From NCBI GenBank assembly GCA_965153285.1, contig OZ229116.1: DNA of 64,000 bases; one strand, 5' to 3'. A program made the translations under genes and the position numbers. Shown here piece by piece: positions 41,218-53,160 of the stretch. Under the pieces are notes generated by a model, which made no database searches, was not told the DNA's origin, and was given only the letters and a program-made list of their open reading frames with translations. Position 1 is the first letter of the stretch, and every line of letters starts with the position of its first letter. This DNA is from Podarcis tiliguerta. Taxonomy: Eukaryota.

Positions 41218-42865
41218 CATCCTAAACATAATGCATTTAAAACAGAATGAACAGGAGCATAGACTTATTTGTCTAAAGTGAAAGTGTCATTTTTGCAATT
41301 GCCAGTATCTGCTTCAGAGAAAGAATGCAAAGCTGAGCAATAAAAAGCTTTATGTACCAGACAGGTTGAGTAATTGTATTGACCCAGCATAAGCCTCACA
41401 CAATAACTTACTCAGACAGTCTGGAGCAGTGATATGATGGCTCTCAAGAATGAGGCATCAATACGATCTCTTCATAAATATGTACACTAATCATGAAACA
41501 TTTTTCAAGTGTGCATCTTTATGTAGCCAAAAGAGTACCATACCTGTGCATGACACAAGTGTTTACAGGCTTGGGTGAACCCCAAGATCTGCAGAAGAAG
41601 AAAAATTATTCAAGGATGAGGAAAAACGGGGGTGGGAAACCTTGAAAAGGCCCTACTAAGGAATGAGTCTACTCTGCTTAGTGGCCATGAAATGTTAGGT
41701 GACTGTTGAAGGGAGAGGAGTCAGGGGAATATAATGGAGTATATCTAAAGAAGACAATGGTGGGTAGAACCCTGAAGAGGAGCACTCCACAATGCTCTGT
41801 TTACATACCTCTCCAGAACATAGAATGCAATTAACAGGAAAAAAAGGATTCAAAATTGGCTGGGTTTAGGCATTTGGGGCATCTCAGCAGGTTTAAAATC
41901 TAGTGTGCAGTTGTACTGGTGCTGCTGCAAAATGTGTTCATATCTGTTACCTACCAAATTAATAGTTAAAATTAGGATCAGAGGAATTTGCCTTATACCA
42001 GCTCATACCATTGGTCCATCTACCTCAGTATTATCTTCATGGACTGGCAACAGCCATCGTGCCAGGGTTTCAAAAGGCACCTTTCTTGCTCCTGTGATAA
42101 CAGACCCTAAATGATGTTTGCCTAAACTCAGATAGCTTTTTAGATAAGTAAATGCAGTAGTATGCAAATGCTTTGTATCTTCCTGTAGTGGCAGCATAAG
42201 CTGATGCACTAGAAGCAGGATGTGGTATTTTGTAAACCTGGGCTGAAGCAACAGCTGGTAGACTACACTGAAAATAATTTGTTTAGCATTGCCTAACTCA
42301 GTGTATGTCTCTAGACCCTGTGCTCCTAGTTAGATGTGCACAGGCTTCCTAGTGTTGTGACTGAGCCACCAATGAGATATTGTATGCTTTATTCTGCATC
42401 TTTTGTAAGCTGCTTTGAGACATTCGGAGAAAAGCAGGGTATAAATTTCTTAAATATGTAGCTCTGTCCTATCTGAAATAAACCCCTTAAATCAATAGGT
42501 GTTACTTTATTTGATTTGGTTTGTATCCCGCTATTCCATGGGGTAAGGGTACCTAATATACATTTTGCCAATATTTCTGTGTCTGTCCATAAATGGGCTC
42601 ACAATCTGAGCATAATGTTAAGATGGTCTGAGGCGGGGGGGAGGCCCTCAGGCCTAGGGGCTGGTTGTGCCCTCCAGAGCTCTCTATATCTGGCCCTCAG
42701 GATTCTCCATAGGACACATTCCTCGCTGTTTCTTCACGGAGTGATTTTGCCCTGCTTGGAATGTGTCTTTGAACTGTGGAATATTTCTTGCTTGCCTGAA
42801 TGAAGAGGCAGCAGTTGTAAATGCAAACCACTGATTTTTAGATCGCTGGAAAGTAGCCTACTATA

Positions 42866-43012
42866 TAACCGTAGAATGCTAGAATTGTAAAGACCACAAG
42901 GGTCGTCTAGTCCAACCCCCTGCAATGCAGGAATCATTTGCCCAACATGGGGCTTGAACCCACGGCCCTGAGATGAAGCGTTTCATGCTCTACCAACTGA
43001 GCTATCACGTAC
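42866..43012 (-). mobile_element. SINE with tRNA-Lys(CUU)-like head and CR1-type tail
   Basis: Minus strand ATAGCTCAGTTGGTAGAGCATGAAACGCTTCATCTCAGGGCCGTGGGTTCAAGCCCCATGTTGGGC then GGTTGGACTAGACGACCC...ATTCT; TSD CCTACTATA; relatives at about 25405-25527, 34623-34764, 48605-48740. Confidence 0.8.
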
Positions 43013-43167
43013 CCTACTATACACAAGTAAGAGTTGCATGGATTGCTGCACCCACTTTTTGCCTCTGGCCTTTCCCACCACTGATGCACAGCCTGCAGAA
43101 GGTTTCCCATAAGGCAATGTGGCCCTTCATCTGCAAAAGGTTGCCTCCTGCTGGTCAGAGGGAACAA

Positions 43168-43360
43168 GTCATAGGAACATAGGAAGCTGCCTTATAACTG
43201 AGTCAGACCATTTATCCATCTTGGTCTCAGTATTGTCAGTACCGACTGGCAGCAGGTCTCCAGGGTTTCAGATAGGCAGTCTCTCCCAGCTCGACCTGGA
43301 TGTACTAGGGGTTGAAATTGGGACCTTCTGTGTTCAAGGCAGATGTTCTGCCACTCAGCT
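43168..43360 (-). mobile_element. tRNA-derived SINE with GGCAGCTTCCTATGTTCCTATG tail
   Basis: Relatives at about 15762-15910, 34465-34525, 41980-42075, 62373-62560, 63320-63400. Confidence 0.6.
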
Positions 43361-44077
43361 CAGATTATCTTGCCTCTGTGGCTCCCCTTCTCCCCGGTTA
43401 CAGGGAGAATTTCACAGCGTACAACTAGTTCCATTCAGCTCCCTTCACCTTCTCAGTGGAAACAAAAAGACATGGCTAAGAGGAGTATACTGTGGTAGGG
43501 AACCTAGGATTATATCCTTCCGATTAAATAGGCATATCATAGCCTTTAAGGGCCTAGTCTTTAGCAGGCAGCATTGGCAGTAGTGGCAGCTAACCTGATT
43601 TGCTTCTCTCCTTCACCTGTATGTCGGTGTAGGATGTAGATGTTTAGGATTGTTCCTGTGATTACTTTTTTCTTCTTCTAAAGATGCCCTTTAGTTCATC
43701 AGATCACCTTCATTAAATTGCCAGTTTTGATTGTGAAAGTGGACATTTCTTTCAGTGCAAGCCATTTTGGATAGTAAGATCATGGGCTGGTCTTGACATG
43801 ATTTTTGTTTAAATACAGCTGGAAATCATTAAATTAATCCAGGCGTAAAATATTTTGCACCAAGAGTGTTTATTTTCTTTGCCGTTAATTGGAAATCATG
43901 GTATTTTGCTTTTGTCATACCTGCAGACTTTTCCACCCTTCTTCTTGGCAGCTTTGCTTGTTAATATTATTAAAACATCCGTCATTTTGAAACATACTGC
44001 TGAGGAACTGGCAGAGCTGGATAAATGATGGCCTTTCTTATTTCCTTCATTTTAATTTGGATCTTTCTCTCTTCCAG

Positions 44078-44225
44078 GGTAGCTTATCTAACATCAAAAA
44101 AATTCAGCAAGGAAGCAATTGCACAGATGGTCTCAGGGGCTCCATATTTACTCCTCTTTTCTGTGGAAAGACTGGATAATAGGCTGGGTTTCTTCCAAAA
44201 AGAACTTGGACTCAATTCACAAAAG
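44078..44225 (+). CDS. MTERF3: MTERF3 coding exon 4 (148 nt)
   Basis: [49 protein letters not shown]; TTCCAG/GTGCCT. Confidence 0.95.
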
Positions 44226-44568
44226 GTGCCTTCTGTTTTCACTTGGGTCATGGTGATTGGGCCAGAGGGCCTATTGTTAAAATAACTAAACAAACTCTAC
44301 AAGCAGGTAGCTAATATCTCTCGCATTACTGGGACCTAAAATACTGCTTCTAAAATACTAATATCTTCTTAGAACCATATATAAAGTATACAACCTTGTG
44401 CGGACAGCTCAAACTAGTTCATCCAGATGTCTGAGGAACACCCATTACAAGTTCATTGCTAGTTATCCTGAAATACTAATTTTACATGGAATAATGCCTA
44501 TGCTAACAGATAAATAATTGACTTGGAATTTCAGTCAACAAGGTCACAGAATGGAGGTTCAGCTACAC

Positions 44569-44704
44569 CAGGCATGGCCAAACTTGGCCCTCCAGGTGTT
44601 TTGGGACTACAATTCCCATCATCCCTGACCACTGGTCCTGTTAGCTAGGAATGATGGGAGTTGTAGTCCCAAAACATCTGGAGGGCCAAGTTTGGCCATG
44701 CCTG
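44569..44704. mobile_element. Palindromic hAT MITE (136 bp)
   Basis: 8-bp TSD AGCTACAC at 44561-44568 and 44705-44712; 58-bp arms with 3 differences; decayed relatives near 10256, 11590, 34527, 36470, 39390, 61155. Confidence 0.92.
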
Positions 44705-45298
44705 AGCTACACAATATGTTGAGAACTTGTCCTACGAAAGCCTTTTTGAAATTGTTTTGTCAAATACACACACTTATCATGGGTGCAGCATAGGTGGCTG
44801 GCCTGCGGTAGAACGTATCTTAAAAGTAGCCCCAGGACCCCAGAATATTGAGAGGGTGCTGGGATCTTCTGTGGCTAGTTAAAGAGGAGAAACCTGATGT
44901 TCCCTAAAGCTGCCATACCCCACCCACAACGCAAACAGTCAACAAGGCGGTCAGCAGCAACCCAAACAAGACTGGGCAGAGCCAAAAACCATACAATCCC
45001 AAACAGAACGCCATAAAGTAGCTTTGGAGTTTCTGCTTACAGAGCTGAGGCTTTTAGGCGAGTGGACCCAGCCTTAGGGAAGCTGTCTGAACACACTAGC
45101 ACTCCTCCCACCCCACTCAAGCCTTGCCCTGTGGTGGCTGGATGCTCGGGATACATTTTTCCAGGCAGCATGAAGGGTGAAACTCTGTGTAAAGAGTCAC
45201 CCAGGCTGGATCTCTTCTTTAATTTGGGCTTCCATTAATTAGTGGCGTCACTGGCTTAGGTGATCTATCAGTTTATCCTTGGTCAGAGACCATGAAAC

Positions 45299-45333
45299 AA
45301 AAGAAAAGAAAAGAAAAGAAAAGAAAAGAAAGA
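45299..45333. repeat. (AAAAG)n microsatellite
   Basis: Direct inspection. Confidence 0.9.
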
Positions 45334-45567
45334 CTTCTACCAAGCACAGCAGGGCTTACCTTCTGCTCCCTCTGGCTGTGAAGTGGGCACTTTGCGACCC
45401 CTGAAGCAACCCTACAGTATATACATGAAGGAAAGATAGTCTTATATTCATTGATCCTGAGACACAGGCTGAAATACTGTACACATGTCCTACTGAAGAG
45501 TGGGGCTTACTTCAGCGGAGAGGTGGATAGCATTGCTCCAGTAGTGACCTGCCCAAGATTGCATGTA

Positions 45568-45847
45568 TAGTGGAAGCTCTACCTGCAACCATAATCCATT
45601 CCGGAGGTCCGTCCAGAGGTCGAAACGGGTCGCTGGGAGAGGCACCGTTGTGCGCAGGTGTGGGTGGCAATTGCCCACTTCTGCAAAAGTGTGAACAGCA
45701 ATCACCCCCTCTGCACATTGGCAAATGGCGATCGCCGTTCCTGCACATGTGCGAATGGCGGCAACCCTGCAAGATACTTCTAGGTTTGCTGCGGATGTTG
45801 GGCGAAAGGAACGCAAGCGGAGGTGGACTTAAGTAGAGGTTTGACTG
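45568..45847. mobile_element. Diverged TA-type MITE with about 30-bp internal repeats
   Basis: Ends TAGTGGAAGCTCTAC / GTAGAGGTTTGACTG; repeats GC(A/G)ATCGCC...CTGCACATGTGCGAATG. Confidence 0.6.
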
Positions 45848-46110
45848 CAATCATATTAGAATAAATAAGTCTCTTCACACATTATTGTGCAGGAAAAATG
45901 CCACATGTGCAGGAAAAATGCCACATATTGAGGGCCTTTTGCTCACCCAGTGGAAAATGTACACCTTTTCAAGTAGAATAAATCAGTGCTGTTTAAAAAA
46001 TGTCCGGTAAAGAAATGCAAATACAGATTTATTCTACCTTAAGCAGATATTATCTAATACACATTACTTTACTTATTATTATTTTTTCCTTCCTTGTATT
46101 TAAAATACAG

Positions 46111-46182
46111 ACCAGAGATGTAGTAACTCGTCTTCCAAGGTTACTGACTGGCAGTCTTGAACCTATTAAAGAAAATCTGAAG
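46111..46182 (+). CDS. MTERF3: MTERF3 coding exon 5 (72 nt)
   Basis: [24 protein letters not shown]; ACAG/GTAAGT. Confidence 0.96.
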
Positions 46183-47068
46183 GTAAGTTAGGATAGTATC
46201 TTAAGAGTAGTTAGCCATTTCAGCTCTTAGAAAAGCTTTAAGAGATGTAACAGGAAATATAAGAAGTACAGCAGCCTAAATAGGGTTGCACAGGCAGCAG
46301 GACTACTTAACACTTGTCAGGTAGCAAAATGTAGCGTGAATAATAACTTGGTCTTATAACCTGCTGCTTAAAAATGTTGTCAAAGTGGATGCTGGAATCC
46401 TACAGAAGGGTTGCCACTGGTTCCTTTGTTCAAGCACTGGAACTCTGATTCAGTTAGTGTGTCTCTTGATGACAGAAAGCATTAATCAGTGGAATGAGGA
46501 GGCATCAGTCAGTTCAGCGATACTCCTTCACCTTATGTGACATGAGATCCTAAGGGTCATCAAAGTATCCCCCCAAACTCCTTGTGCCATTTTATTCGGG
46601 TTTTTGAAGGGACAAATGACAAAATGGCATTTTAAAGACTTAGGCAGAAGCAGGGATCATTAGAACTTTTTCGTGAGTAAAAATGGCAATTTTAGACTTC
46701 CAATATAATTTAGTAGTTGTGTGTGTTCCTCTAGTACAAAAGAGGACTTCAGGCTTTATGGAAAAGAATTGTGGTGGCCTCATAAGTATGAGACTATGGA
46801 CAATACTTCATGCCTGACAGTTTGCACAAATGTGATGGAGGCTTCATGCTTTCTTTCTTTCTTTTTTTATAAGTTGCCAGGGCAGCTTCTAGGTTTCTAT
46901 AGAAGTGCCTCTCCTTTTTTTACCTGAAATTTTATTGCAAGTTTTCAACCTACAATACAATAAAAAGAAGTGTCTCTCCTGTGTCTCATCACTTGTCAAC
47001 ATATTTCCCTCTTTCTTGATGTGTTTTAAGCTACATCAGCTGACTTCATCGCAATCACTCTTTTTCAG

Positions 47069-47230
47069 GTGTATGAGCTGGAACTTGGTTTTAGTAAGAA
47101 TGAAATTCGGCATATTGCACACAGAATCCCCAAGAATCTAGGTATAAGCAAAAGGAAGCTAACGGAGATCTTTGACTACGTGCACAACGTCATGGGCATT
47201 CCCCACAGCATGATGGTTCATTTTCCCCAG
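47069..47230 (+). CDS. MTERF3: MTERF3 coding exon 6 (162 nt)
   Basis: [54 protein letters not shown]; TTTCAG/GTGAGA. Confidence 0.96.
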
Positions 47231-47539
47231 GTGAGACTCTTGGATGCTATCTAGTTAACTGCAGTCGTAGGAAGAAGTTTGAAAACTGGGAACTGTATTG
47301 AGGGGAAAGTTCTGTAGTCTACAAACTGTGTGATGGAAAGGCCTAGGTTAATATACTGTAGAATGGCATCAATTTGCAGATATGATTGTTAGCCTTAAAT
47401 GCCACATAGTAAATGTGAGCAGGTTTGAGCTAACAGGTTAGTCCTACTGTTTTCAGTATGTCTTACTAGCAAGTAAGTGTACATAGGAGGGCAGTCTTGG
47501 CAGGTCCCGTTATTAGCATTGATCTTGTTTTCATTTCAG

Positions 47540-47734
47540 GTTTTTAATTCAAAGCTGCTGCGAATCAAAGAAAGACACATGTTTCTTAAATTCATTGGAA
47601 GAGCACAATATGATCCAAAACAGCCCAATTATATCTCCTTAGAAAAACTGGTATCCCTGCCAGATGATGTGTTCTGCACAGAAGTTGCCAAAGCAGAAAA
47701 ACAAGACTTCTGCATTTTCTTGAAAACACTGTGA
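47540..47734 (+). CDS. MTERF3: MTERF3 last coding exon (195 nt incl. TGA); total 415 aa
   Basis: [64 protein letters not shown]. Confidence 0.96.
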   Translation, partial: VFNSKLLRIKERHMFLKFIGRAQYDPKQPNYISLEKLVSLPDDVFCTEVAKAEKQDFCIFLKTL

Positions 47735-47756
47735 AAGAAAAGAAAAAAACTTTGTT

Positions 47757-47767
47757 AATAAAATAAA
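47757..47767 (+). terminator. Overlapping AATAAA polyadenylation signals of MTERF3
   Basis: AATAAAATAAA 22 nt after the stop, followed by GT/T-rich downstream sequence. Confidence 0.65.
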
Positions 47768-48114
47768 TCTGAAGGTGTTTTTCTTAATTGCATGTTTTGT
47801 GGCAAAAATGACAACTTGTGAAGCTACTTTGTTGAGAAAACCTACATCTAATCCTACATCTTAAAAATATACAAACAGGCATATTTTGTACTGCTGACAA
47901 AATACCAAAAGAAGACCCAAAATAAAGACAATAATACTTACCGACTTGCTGGTGAGAAAGAGGGGGAGGGAATTTGTTGGAGCTTTTTTTCTGTAAAGTT
48001 TTGGTATATGGTTATGAAAACCAATAAAGAATCCTTTAAAAAATACAAACTTACTTAGAAGAGGGCACAACTAATATATAGGTGCACTGAGTTCAGCCCA
48101 GCACAGATACAGTA

Positions 48115-48361
48115 CAGTGGACGCTCGGGTTGTGAACATGATCCATGCGGGAGGCACATTCGCAACCCGCAGCGCCGCGTCTGCGCGCACGCACGGGTCA
48201 CGATTCAGCACTTCTGCACATGCGCAAAGTGCAATTTAGTGTTTCTGCACATGCGTGAGCGCTGAAACCCGGAAGTAACCCGTTCCGGTACTTCCAGGTT
48301 CGGCACGGTGCGCAACCCAAAACCGCACAACCTGAAGCATCTGTAACCCGAGGTATGACAC
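48115..48361. mobile_element. MITE family C copy 2
   Basis: Reverse-complement homology to 7256-7500; TA flanks. Confidence 0.82.
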
Positions 48362-49625
48362 TATTTGTAAAAGGTAGATATTGCCACAAACCAAAGGTAG
48401 ATATTGCCACAAAAGGTAGACATTGCCACAAATCAGAAGGATAATGATAATGATTCTGCCATATTGTGAAATAACAGGGCAGTGTGCAGTGTTAAAAACA
48501 CATCATTTTTTAAAAAAATACATTGGCTCATTAAAAAATATATAATTCTTGACTTGAAGGCCAATGTTCATTCTACTTGGCCATAGTAATAGTGCTGCTT
48601 GGTCTTAGAATCTTAGAGTTGTAGAGTTGGAAGGGACCTGAGGGCCATCTAGTGATGCAGGAATATGCAGCTGTCCCATATGGGGAATCAAACCTGCAAC
48701 TTTGGCAGTATCGGCATCACACCAACCAACTGAGCTATCCAGTCCAATATGAGCTGCTCACAAAATGTGACAGCCAAAAAAACCCACATGATCAGTGGGG
48801 AATGGAAAGGAGTGGCTGCAAAAGGGGGCCAGAGAAATAAAAACTTAATTTAAAAAGTAGAAAGAGCCACCTCATTGTCTGGATAGGCCATGTCCCAGTT
48901 CACACTGAATATATACTTTTAAATGTTCCCAGTAATAGAAGTGAGAGCTGCCCATAGAAATCAAGGAGTAACTGGAACCCTCACTACATTTTGTTAGAGG
49001 CTTTTAGATTTTTGGCAGACTAATGCTAATGGGTCAGTATTAGTATTACTATGGTCCCAAATCTGTAGTTAACATCAGTAACTATGGCCATCTTAATTAT
49101 AGGTCATGCCATAGCAATTGGCCAAGCTTTCTATTTATCAGCTATTTTACAAATCTTATTTCAGGGCTTTGTGTCTTTTGTGTGCCAGTAGTACTGCTGT
49201 ATAACCACAAAATTGGTTGCATAGCACATTCTAAGGACCAGTACATAATTTCTGTTCCTTGCCATTCTAGTCAGTTCTGTACTTGGCAATATTCATTTAA
49301 AGGAGTGGAGGTCCAACTCAGAAAATAAGTCTTGTTTCCACACTTTTCTCGATGATGCCAAGGGTACACATGAAACACATTGAGCTATTTCCCATGTTTA
49401 TATTTTTTGAGAACTGTAAGGTGGTGAGAGACATTGCATTTTACAAGTGGGTTGGGAAATGTAAGTTGAACCTAACAAGGTTCAGCAGTTCCAGTTAATA
49501 ACTATTAATATGGTTGTGAAAGTTAGCTCCAAAAAAGGAAGGGAGTTAATATTCAGGTATGGAATTAATAGTCTTCTGGAATGCAACAGGAGAATTTCCC
49601 AATCAAACGCCTTACTTTTATATTA

Positions 49626-49974
49626 AAGGTAAAGGTACCCCTGCCCGTACGGGCCAGTCTTGCCAGACTCTAGGGTTGTGCGCTCATCTCACTCTAGAGG
49701 CCGGGAGCCAGCGCTGTCCGCAGACACTTCCGGGTCACATGGCCAGTGTGACAAGCTGCATCTGGCGAGCCAGCGCAGCACACGGAACACTGTTTACCTT
49801 CCCGCTGGTAAGCGGTCCCTATTTATCTACTTGCACCCGGAGGTGCTTTCGAACTGCTAGGTTGGCAGGCGCTGGGACCGAACAACGGACGCCGCTGTGG
49901 GGATTCGAACCGCTGACCATGCGATCGGCAAGTCCTAGGCGCTGAGGTTTTACCCACAGCGCCACCCATGTCCC
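49626..49974 (-). mobile_element. Sauria SINE, full length
   Basis: 12-bp TSD ACTTTTATATTA at 49614-49625 and 49975-49986. Confidence 0.92.
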
Positions 49975-50679
49975 ACTTTTATATTAGGAATGAAGAAAGG
50001 CAATGGATAAGACCCACAGATGAATGCCTTTTTCAGTGTGCTCATTTCCTTTATTAAATTTTTACCGGCATCAGCTTTTGTTATGGGTCTTCTTACTGGG
50101 TGATTATTCTAGGAACATTTTTGGGTATGTAGCACACCACTCCTATTTCAAAAATTCAACCCCTGGTGTTAGGAGTGCATTAATGGCACTGCAATCTCAC
50201 CCCACCCTCATCATTTACTGGAGTTCCTCCAATTTTATTTAACAGCACAGGGAAATAGTAAGCTATTGGGTTTCTTGATTTTTAAAATGCTACACTTTAT
50301 TATCATTTTTCTCAGTGTAGCTTGATTCTTATTTGGGTTTTTTTCTTTGGTAAAAACATAGCTGCATAGTAACTAACAGCTAAGAAAACAAAGCCCTATC
50401 GGAAACTGTTTATGGGGAACTCGGTGGTTCTCTTTGCAGGCAGGGCTCCAACCAGTCGTTTGCGGCGCAATATTTGGAAGGTGAAATGCCGAGTTGGCCA
50501 AATACGCTGTTTCCAAAGAAGCTGTGCAGGCGGGAGAACTATGGTCAGAATCAAATCGACACCTAAGTTTCCTTCCTACCTCCGCCATCACTTTCAAGCT
50601 CCCCTTGATCCTTTCCAGCTACATCTGCCCTGCCCTTGCCAGGTGTGAGGCAGGTGCCCACGGTTTATGGGGCAGGGGG

Positions 50680-51280
50680 CCAGACTGGCGTGGACCGGGG
50701 CCTAATAAAGCTTGCCGCCCCCACGGCTGATTTTCTCCAGTTGCCGCGCTTGTTTCCATGGGGTCCACGGCACCTCTCACGTTTTCTGAAATCGCAAGCT
50801 GGGAAACCACATCAGAACGAACCAGGAAGCGCCCGCTCCACGCAACAGAAAATCACATCGCCCACTTTTTTTCTCTATGGTCCAGCCGCCGCGTAGGGAC
50901 GCACAGGCGCGCGCAACCCACGTGACAGCGCAGGGAGCGCGGTGGGTGGGTAGGCTGGTTGCGAGCACGTGATCTGAAAGGGGGAATGTGGGCTTTTTCG
51001 GAACGCCGGTGCGCGTGCGCGTTTCCTCAGAGGTCGTCAAGATGGCGGCGAGGGCACCGGGTGAGTGAGGAGAGGGGAAGAGTCGGTGGTGAAGGGGCTG
51101 CAGCGGGGAGGGAGGGGGGCGGGAAGCTTCCCGGTGAAAGAAAATGGTCAAGGGGGCCCGCCAGCGCTTGTGTGGCAATACACGGGGCGTGTGCGAGACG
51201 TTATGATTGCCTGGTGGGGACGGAGAGGACACGGGGCGGCTTGCTGTTAACTCTTGGCGTGCCAAGCGGTTGTGGGTTTT
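50680..51280 (+). promoter_or_regulatory. UQCRB CpG-island promoter (NRF-1, E-box, YY1 motifs)
   Basis: NRF-1 consensus at 51010-51021 (CGCGCACGCGCA on minus); CACGTG at 50919-50924 and 50966-50971; YY1 CAAGATGGCGGC at 51038-51049. Confidence 0.8.
51042..51060 (+). CDS. UQCRB: Cytochrome b-c1 complex subunit 7, exon 1 (19 coding nt)
   Basis: AAGATGG Kozak context; MAARAP(A); donor G|GTGAGT. Confidence 0.93.
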
Positions 51281-51294
51281 TCCACAGTGTAATC

Positions 51295-51545
51295 CTGGGT
51301 CAGCAAACTTTTTCAGCAGGGGGCCGGTCTAATGTCCCTCAGACCTTGTGGGGGCCGGACTATATTTTGAGGGGGGGGGAATGAACGAATTCCTATGCCC
51401 CACAAATAAGCCAGGGATACATTTTAAATAAAAGGACACATTCTACTCATGTAAAAACACACTGATTCCCAGACCGTCCATGGGCCGGATTTAGAAGGTG
51501 ATTGGGCCGGATCCGGCCCCCCGGGCCTTAGTTTGCCTACCCATG
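51295..51545. mobile_element. hAT non-autonomous element, copy 1
   Basis: 8-bp TSD GTGTAATC at 51287-51294 and 51546-51553; GGCCGGA subterminal repeats. Confidence 0.88.
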
Positions 51546-52491
51546 GTGTAATCCTTTAAGGGCATACTCAGAAGTAAGCACGTCGCGTTCAACGCAGGCA
51601 ATAGGGTTGCATGTTAAGAGTTTCCGTAGCGAAGGGTGTTACTCTTGTGGGACCCTTATTCACGTACTGCTTTGAGGTCCGCCTCATCGCCCTCCCCCCT
51701 TCTTTCTATCCACATAACCAGCAAAAGGTTAGTAGGCGAATCTTCTCGCTGCCCGAAAAGCTTGATTTAGTTGTTGATAGTCACGCTTCATGCTGTGCAC
51801 CAGTAGCAATTTGTAATTATCCCACGAGGACTCTCATTCTAAGTAATCTAAGGGTATGCGGGAAGCAAAGAATAGATGAATGAAAAGCTCATTTGGGAGT
51901 TTCATTTTGGCCACCCTTATCTCTTGAAACAAACAGGTGGCAAACGGCCCTCTAGAACAGCAGCAAGTAGCAAACCTGTCACTCCTTTAGCTTGTGAGTT
52001 GCAACACAATGCATCCTTCTGAATGTGTCTCCTCCCCAGCTTGCAGTCAGTGTTAGAAAGCTAGGAGCTAAATAGCACCATAAACCTAGGTTATGGGCGC
52101 CACAATGAAGTGTCTAGGCACACTTTTTAAAATAACTATAATACAAAACTGAAAATGAATGAACTGCAGCTAAAATATTATGTTCATTTTTCACATAGTC
52201 TAGTCCTTCCCCTGCCCACCCCCCTAATATTCTTAATAGCATCTCTTCTCCAGTCTTCAGAGAGTAGATGGAAGTGGGGAGGCAGAAAAAGGTTCTCCTT
52301 TCCTTCCACTCTGCAGTTTTAATCTGAAATCTTAGGTGCAGTACTTTGCCCAGAGCTCAGAAACTGCTCGCACTAATGAAATTCCATGTCGCAAAATGCA
52401 CCTAGAACAATGGGAGTTTCTAACACTGCTTCCAGTGCACGTAGTACAATGTTAATTATGAATCTAGCCATATACTGTCAACTATCAAAGG

Positions 52492-52744
52492 CAGGGTTAG
52501 GCAACCTAAGGCCCGTGGGCCGGATGCGGCCCAATCATCTTCTCAATCCGGCCTGCGGACGGTCTGGGAATCAGTATGTTTTTGCATGAGTAGAATGTGT
52601 CCTTTATTTAAAATGCATCTCTTGGTTATTTGTGGGGCATAGGAATTCATTCATTTTTATTTTTTTTCAAAATATTGTCTGGCCCACCACATGGTCTGAG
52701 GGACGGTGGACCAGCCCATGGCTGAAAAAGGTTGCTGACCCCTG
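52492..52744. mobile_element. hAT non-autonomous element, copy 2 (inverted)
   Basis: TIR CAGGG; TSD ATCAAAGG/ATCATAGG; reverse-complement homology to 51295-51545. Confidence 0.88.
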
Positions 52745-53160
52745 ATCATAGGGGTAGTAATTCTTGAAGGCACTAAACATGTTAAAATGCTTATTGTTTT
52801 GAGAAAAGCTATGAAGTGACACTGCTTGCAGTTGAGGGCAGGTTTTACTTCATGGTTTGTTTATTGTTGCATAGCTGCTAATGCACAATAGATGGTGGGT
52901 GCAGGTGGTGGGGCTGATAACTAAGCAAACGTTCATCTCATCTTCTGTTACATAGCTGTTTCATGGATATTTTGAGTAGCATTGTGTTTTTACATCCTGT
53001 TGACAAGTGCACAGCATCCAAACTGTTGTTCCTACTTTCTGTTTATTACAAATGTTGCATGTTTATAAAAGCAAACTGAAATACTGTAGATTCTTTGTGT
53101 CTGAATAAATGCCTCTACCAGTTATACTCTTGAAATAACAGTGGTCATTAATACTTCCAG

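Noticed and set aside
42938-43005. Functional tRNA-Lys gene
   Set aside because: 5' acceptor stem missing, anticodon arm mutated, fused to a CR1-like tail with a TSD, so a SINE head
49559-49945. Recurrent similar ORFs (GHMASVT.../FRTARLAGAG) at several loci
   Set aside because: Translations of non-coding Sauria SINE copies
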